A stretch of 64,000 nt of DNA from Phoronis australis (lineage: Eukaryota > Animalia > Phoronida), in contig NMRA01000145.1 of assembly GCA_002633005.1 (NCBI GenBank), positions 151,898 to 215,897 on the forward strand, written 5' to 3'. Positions 59,701 to 64,000 of the stretch are shown here, in pieces. Each line of letters opens with the position of its first letter. Within the stretch, counting starts at the first letter, position 1. The notes beneath the pieces were generated by a model. It did not search any database. It was not told the DNA's origin and saw only the letters and a program-made list of their open reading frames with translations. Position numbers and translations under genes: made by a program.

Positions 59701-62101
59701 GAAAAAAATTGTTTCGGATTCCACGTTTAGTTAACGACTCGTGGCCGTTCGTTCGTGGGCTTCCAGTGAAATTGGTTTTACGTTAAACTTTGATAAGGAA
59801 AGGTTTGTGGTTGCCTTGATAAAACGATGCAGTTTTTTCAAAGATACCTTTTACGTACTGAAAACTTATTAATTGGTGATATCAATCTGACTGTGAAACA
59901 AATAGAGTTAGTTTATATAATAGGTCCACATTTATCTGGACAATGTCATTCAAATGCTTTGTCTATGGTTTTCTATGGCCTTTTCACCTGTCTGCGTTCT
60001 CTGCTAGGGAGGGGGGAGTGTGAGTTTTATTGGAGTCTAGTTTAATTTTGCTGGTGACATATAGCTCTAATACACTCATTGATGCTTTATGTAGTGAATG
60101 GTGTCTTGTGTTGCACTGCTTGTACACAGAATTGTTTGCATGCTGTAGTTCGCTGTACTTTGCTGTGTGACATGTTCCGTGTATTGTACGTGTTCTGCTT
60201 TAGTTAATTGTAATTTTGGTACATTCTCACCATTTTGTGGCAAAACTTGTGGCTAAAATTGTCCTTTTGTCAAAGGCACTTAACAGTGTTGTGAGGCCAC
60301 AACTTGTCATCAAATTGCAGGATAACGCTAGTGTCAAGCACTTAACTTGCACATGATATGAAAATTCTTAACATATTTAGCACACAATATGGCCGACTAG
60401 TGAAATTATGTTTTGTCAAATTTCTTTGCAAAAATAGAGATAAAGGAAATTTTAGTCGATTACTGGTTTGTATTGTGTAGATGTCGTCAAACAGTTTTTG
60501 GCAAATCTTCTATTGTTTGCTAAGTTAACTGTCCTTTAAAAATTGAAAGTGACAATTTTGGCAATTATTTTTATGCAAAATAAATGGAGAAGACTATAAA
60601 AGCATTGATTTGATGGTGCTCGTCATTTTTTCATCTGGCCCCTATTTTGTCGCAAAAGTAGGTGATATTGTACTGTATTTTGTGTCTGCCTCTTACTTTT
60701 TATGGATAACTATATTTCAGGCATTATTTAACATGAATTTTATTTCCACTTTTCTCTTATAAAAATAAGACTGAAGCACTCAATGGTGCTGAGATTTACA
60801 GTGAATTGTCTAAAATTGTAAAGAAATTTCTTTTTTAATTAGTGTTATTTAAACCTCTATGATACACGAAGAAAATTTGAAAAGAATAGCCCAAGTAGCT
60901 AGCTGCATGTCTTCTAGGGTAAAAAGTCCTCTAGTTTGGGACAGTCTAAAAATTTGAGATAATAAAATTCAAGCAGAAATTGAATTTTCTTGATTCTGAA
61001 AATTGGGACATGCTGGACGATTTTGGCATTTGTCATATTTTCGAAATATGGGACTCACATTTGCTGTTGAGAGCATCATCAAATCTAGGCGCCAACACTA
61101 CATTCTCAAGCATGTTCACAGTGTGTAAAATTGACGAGAATGATTAATGTCATTGATTGTTTAATTTCTGGAACTTGGGACTGCCGATATTAACTATTTC
61201 TAAAATTTGTTAGAGACTCCAACCTTGAGCAAAATAATTTACTTTTTCACTGTCCCACACTGGAGAAGTTGTACTGTAACATTGTTTAGGGTGTTTGTGT
61301 TGGATATTTTTGTGGATCTATAAGGATTTAATAAATGTAAAGACTCAGCTGTTGGATAGTTCAGGAATTTAACCACGATGCTTTGATGTGGAGTGAAAGG
61401 CCAGTATAGCAATCTAGGACAAAAGTGTGAATACAATTTCTGGCTGAGTGATGTACGAAAATACCAAGACTACTTGTGTGATAGGCTGTCAGTCCCATTT
61501 ATCTTCCATATATGGATAGAAGGTATATCTTTGCTGATCAATCCATTTAACAAATACTGTATTGACCAATCATTGCTGCCAGTGTCAACCTAAATGATGT
61601 CTATGTGTCGTATACAGAGGCGGAGTCAGGGGAAGATGACAGTATGCTGGTCAAGTTTTTTGAGATGGTCAACGAAAAGAACCAGCTACTGCGACAAGAA
61701 AATGACCTTGTCCTAATGTAAGTGGAGTCTCTTCAGTGATAAGTTGGTTCCATTGTGTTTTGTACTGTCAGCGACTCAGGAAAATGCTTCAGCATTTATT
61801 GGGATTGGTGAATCCTAAAATTGCAGATTCAAAAATGGCACAATGTAGCCTTGACTTTAGTTTGTAACAGAAGTGGAATCCTGGCACTCTAAGGAAAATT
61901 GTGAGACTGATTTTAGGTGTTTTAGGTGAGTAAAAGCTTTGATTCAATCTGTGTTTTTAAGCCAGCAAAATGGGGTGAAGTGCAGCTTTTAATTGTAAAA
62001 TTCAAATCCGTCATTGGTTGTTTTCAGTGCTCAAAGACAGGTGTTGGAAGCCAAACATTCGGATGTTGAGTACCAGATCCGTCTGCTAATGAACAAGCCA
62101 G
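23593..62101 (+). CDS. MICALL2: MICAL-like protein (MICALL1/MICALL2 co-orthologue): CH, half LIM, Pro/Ser/Arg-rich region, NPF x3, bMERB; multi-exon, 3'-partial (~1380 aa visible)
   Basis: Spliced CH domain [101 protein letters not shown]; LIM start [25 protein letters not shown]; b[31 protein letters not shown]...[18 protein letters not shown]...[19 protein letters not shown]. No monooxygenase domain. Eleven exons with consistent phases. Confidence 0.9.
25275..27002 (+). mobile_element. Non-autonomous Kolobok-like DNA transposon, copy B (1728 bp), with a decayed THAP ORF at ~25438-25670
   Basis: Perfect TTAA|AGGAGAATGCCACC ... GGTGGCATTCTCCT|TTAA; translation [50 protein letters not shown] has the THAP P...W...CxxHF signature with stops at Trp positions. 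Confidence 0.8.
27390..27438 (+). CDS. MICALL2: MICAL-like coding exon 2 ([16 protein letters not shown]), 49 nt
   Basis: ttttacAG acceptor, GTAAGT donor, phase 2-0. Confidence 0.95.
34384..34525 (+). CDS. MICALL2: MICAL-like coding exon 3 ([21 protein letters not shown]...YNYFKDHTP), 142 nt
   Basis: aacAG acceptor, GTGAGT donor; CH signature [13 protein letters not shown]. Confidence 0.96.
37880..38007 (+). CDS. MICALL2: MICAL-like coding exon 4 ([42 protein letters not shown]), 128 nt
   Basis: cttacAG acceptor, AAG|GTAGGT donor, phase 1-0. Confidence 0.85.
39226..39736. mobile_element. hAT-like non-autonomous element (511 bp) with apparent 6-bp TSD
   Basis: TIRs CAGGGCTTGGAAT / ATTCCCAGCCCTG; subterminal TTCCG(C/T) repeats; TATAAG on both flanks (39220-39225, 39737-39742). 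Confidence 0.7.
41856..42282. mobile_element. Old MITE with degenerate CATGGWTCRTAC termini and CTTGAA subterminal repeats
   Basis: CATGGATCGTAC ... GTATGAACCATG inverted ends; repeated CTTGAAAAG/CTTGAATT; no clear TSD. Confidence 0.4.
42748..43917 (+). CDS. Intronic 389-codon open exon with a C-terminal transmembrane segment; probable alternative terminal exon of the MICAL-like gene, or a nested gene
   Basis: Strong pyrimidine tract plus aAG acceptor in phase 0, matching the exon 4 donor; open for 1170 nt to TGA; hydrophobic [17 protein letters not shown] at 43675-43725; AATAAA at 43993 and 44913. Confidence 0.7.
   Translation, partial: NSSASSTYYDATDNVYENELPRDADNRSDAAVGQRRQIRIKKFIEVPVTEVKDTDMPHWMSTEQSSVDQSNAHVPHGSLLITNKEFLNKLDKTLDKHMSAQSVDPSHVAKHNEHKGGRKTKPKSALQSSVMSEMVASPLFKKHNESAVVLVSDMNTNENSSPKTLEQEISSVITSLSTTYNMQKTSKVEPQKAEKSVVHNPCRNKPGNKARLNKSHPSESVAILAESRVVTRMRNEFQDCKSPPKYKVVVKPSSDAKAKQNLPSGDYTTRSLDEDSNSSESLSRSTETANLPQNTDEATTKCGTCRSVNYTVIVAILLAASSVWIWNNYHDALEIWFYDLVEYAEQKFVHFKEYIDEQLRSLVECIYQRYGQKKEQPQSSFSLFGYKIM
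44148..44308 (+). repeat. Degenerate ~45-bp tandem repeat with AGGTGGC cores
   Basis: Three to four diverged units: TCAGGTGGCGCC, TTAGGTGGCACT, TCAGGTGACCGT, TCAGGTGGCTT. Confidence 0.55.
47292..50241 (+). CDS. MICALL2: MICAL-like coding exon 5, giant 2950-nt exon (half LIM, Ser/Pro/Arg-rich repeats, two NPF-acidic motifs)
   Basis: ttttAG acceptor in phase 0, in frame with the 932-aa ORF 47463-50261; G|GTAATT donor. Confidence 0.9.
51603..51724 (+). CDS. MICALL2: MICAL-like coding exon 6 ([14 protein letters not shown]...[14 protein letters not shown]), 122 nt
   Basis: ttttAG acceptor, GAG|GTATAA donor, phase 1-0; third NPF-acidic motif. Confidence 0.88.
52410..52537 (+). CDS. MICALL2: MICAL-like coding exon 7 ([14 protein letters not shown]...[11 protein letters not shown]), 128 nt
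   Basis: ttccAG acceptor, GG|GTAATG donor, phase 0-2. Confidence 0.8.
52720..53063. mobile_element. Palindromic MITE (TTAA|AGTGGC...GCCACT); related fragment at ~56070-56330
   Basis: Long imperfect inverted arms (TTAGACCA...AATTGGTCTCAA versus TTGAGACCAATT...TGGTCTAA). Confidence 0.55.
53199..53379 (+). CDS. MICALL2: MICAL-like coding exon 8 ([21 protein letters not shown]...[15 protein letters not shown]), 181 nt
   Basis: ttgcAG acceptor, GTATGT donor, phase 2-0. Confidence 0.88.
53807..54563 (+). other. Second copy of 53083-53805 including exon 8 (53923-54103); probable uncollapsed haplotype
   Basis: Tandem near-identical copy starting right after the single n at 53806; exon differs by GAC/GAA (D/E); including both exon copies would frameshift. 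Confidence 0.8.
55355..55472 (+). CDS. MICALL2: MICAL-like coding exon 9 (bMERB start: [39 protein letters not shown]), 118 nt
   Basis: ccacAG acceptor, G|GTGGGT donor; LExxGxxIExxLR motif. Confidence 0.92.
61618..61717 (+). CDS. MICALL2: MICAL-like coding exon 10 ([32 protein letters not shown]), 100 nt
   Basis: tacAG acceptor, AT|GTAAGT donor; bMERB helix 2 motif. Confidence 0.92.
62028..62101 (+). CDS. MICALL2: MICAL-like coding exon 11 ([24 protein letters not shown]), 74 nt
   Basis: ttttcAG acceptor, G|GTAATG donor; bMERB LE...VEY.IR.LM.KP motif. Confidence 0.92.
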
Positions 62102-62513
62102 GTAATGTCAAGGACTTGAATACGATTTTGGTTTACCTGCAAGACTTGTCTACAAATTAGAATGCTAGTATTGCAAACTTGAAAGATAGTAGAAGTATGG
62201 TAAAAACTATTCTGTCCCCAGATGTGGCTTAGTTTAATGGAAAGTCACCTTACATTCAATGTAGTTGTTATTATATTCGGCCAGGTCAACACCCTTGCTC
62301 TGCTAAACAGCGACCCCTGTAGTCACATTTGTTCACTTGTTCCGTTGTCCTCATCCTTTGATTTTGTAATTTCTCATATTTACTGACTGTGGGCGTTAAG
62401 TCGAATATGTGCGGTATATTCTCAAACTTTCTGTGAGTGCCCCATAGGCGATAATCAAGCGACGCGCTTAAGTCTGTCACATGGATGCTACAAGTTAAAA
62501 CAATACTTTGCGN

Positions 62514-64000
62514 AAAAGTGTGAATACAATTTCTGGCTGAGTGATGTACGAAAATACCAAGACTACTTGTGTGATAGGCTGTCAGTCCCATTTATCTTCC
62601 ATATATGGATAGAAGGTATATCTTTGCTGATCAATCCATTTAACAAATACTGTATTGACCAATCATTGCTGCCAGTGTCAACCTAAATGATGTCTATGTG
62701 TCGTATACAGAGGCGGAGTCAGGGGAAGATGACAGTATGCTGGTCAAGTTTTTTGAGATGGTCAACGAAAAGAACCAGCTACTGCGACAAGAAAATGACC
62801 TTGTCCTAATGTAAGTGGAGTCTCTTCAGTGATAAGTTGGTTCCATTGTGTTTTGTACTGTCAGCGACTCAGGAAAATGCTTCAGCATTTATTGGGATTG
62901 GTGAATCCTAAAATTGCAGATTCAAAAATGGCACAATGTAGCCTTGACTTTAGTTTGTAACAGAAGTGGAATCCTGGCACTCTAAGGAAAATTGTGAGAC
63001 TGATTTTAGGTGTTTTAGGTGAGTAAAAGCTTTGATTCAATCTGTGTTTTTAAGCCAGCGAAATGGGGTGAAGTGCAGCTTTTAATTGTAAAATTCAAGT
63101 CCGTCATTGGTTGTTTTCAGTGCTCAAAGACAGGTGTTGGAAGCCAAACATTCGGATGTCGAGTATCAGATCCGTCTGCTAATGAACAAGCCAGGTAATG
63201 TCAAGGACTTGAATACTTTCTACGATTTTGGTTTACCTGCAAGACTTGTCTACAAATTAGAGTGCTAGTATTGCAAACTTGAAAGATAGTCCTTTGGTAG
63301 AAGTGTGGTACAAACTATTCTGTCCCCAGATGTCGCTTAGTTTAATGGAAAGCCACCTTACATTCAATGTAGTTGGTATTATATTCGGCCTGGGCCCATT
63401 GTCCAATCTTTTTACTCGAAATGGAACCCAAAATTAGGTTTGGCATTTTCTACTCTACTTTTGGGCGAACTCAAGATAAGTGTCTATCATTCTATGCTCG
63501 AGTACACAATAACTTATGTAGATAATTTATTGCCCTTAGTTCACAGTTTGTAAACCCAATATTAAAGCAATAAGTTCGAGTTTGAACTCGAAATTTCAAG
63601 TTTTTACCCGAGTTTGTAGCACGAATATAAGGGTCTTCAAGGGCAAACTTGAACTAGAAACTCCTATGCATAAACTATAATGTATTCGAGCACAGTCTGA
63701 TAACCAATTATCTTAAGTTCGCACAAAAGGAGCAGAGAAATTGCCAAAAATAGTTTCGAGTTCGTTTCGAGTACAAAGATTAGAGACCGGGCCCAGGTCA
63801 ACACCCTTGCTCTGCTAAACACCTACCCCTGTAGTCACATTTGTTCACCTGTTCCGTTGTCCTCATCCTTTGATTTTGTAATTTCTCATATTTACTGACT
63901 GTGGGCGTTAAGTCGAATATCTGCGGTATATCTTCAAAATTTCTGTGAGTGCCCCATAGGTGATAATCAAGTGATGTGCTTAAGTCTGTCACATGGATGC
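62514..64000 (+). other. Second copy of 61421-62512 including exons 10 (62711-62810) and 11 (63121-63194); probable uncollapsed haplotype
   Basis: Begins right after the single n at 62513; exon differences are synonymous (GTT/GTC, TAC/TAT); carries an extra 401-bp insertion. Confidence 0.8.
63393..63793. mobile_element. PIF/Harbinger-like MITE (401 bp) at a CCWGG site; absent from the other copy
   Basis: Imperfect TIRs GGCCCATTGTCCAATCTTTTTACTCGAAA / TTTCGAGTACAAAGATTAGAGACCGGGCC, flanked by CTG and CAG; empty site TTCGGCCAGGTCAAC at ~62276-62290. Confidence 0.75.

Overview
AT-rich metazoan genomic DNA, probably a heterozygous invertebrate draft assembly; the organism cannot be named from sequence alone. 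Two intron-rich genes lie head-to-head around a putative shared promoter at about 22.4-22.8 kb. The minus strand carries the 5' part of a WDR90 orthologue (8 clear coding exons, 18578 down to 11072; the gene presumably continues past position 1). The plus strand carries a MICAL-like gene (MICALL1/2 co-orthologue): CH domain, only the first zinc finger of the LIM domain, a 2.95-kb low-complexity exon, three NPF-acidic motifs and a bMERB domain, running off the right edge. Inside it is a 1.17-kb open exon with a C-terminal transmembrane segment that would give a membrane-anchored CH isoform. Positions 1-10.3 kb are a complex Helentron/DINE-like repeat of 38-bp minisatellite blocks and ~145-bp monomers, most carrying a co-oriented CTCF-like motif. 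Two inverted Kolobok-like non-autonomous elements flank the promoter. There are also several MITEs and SINEs. Near-identical duplications abutting single 'n' bases look like uncollapsed haplotypes. All gene and family assignments come from manual translation and recalled family features; no database search was run.
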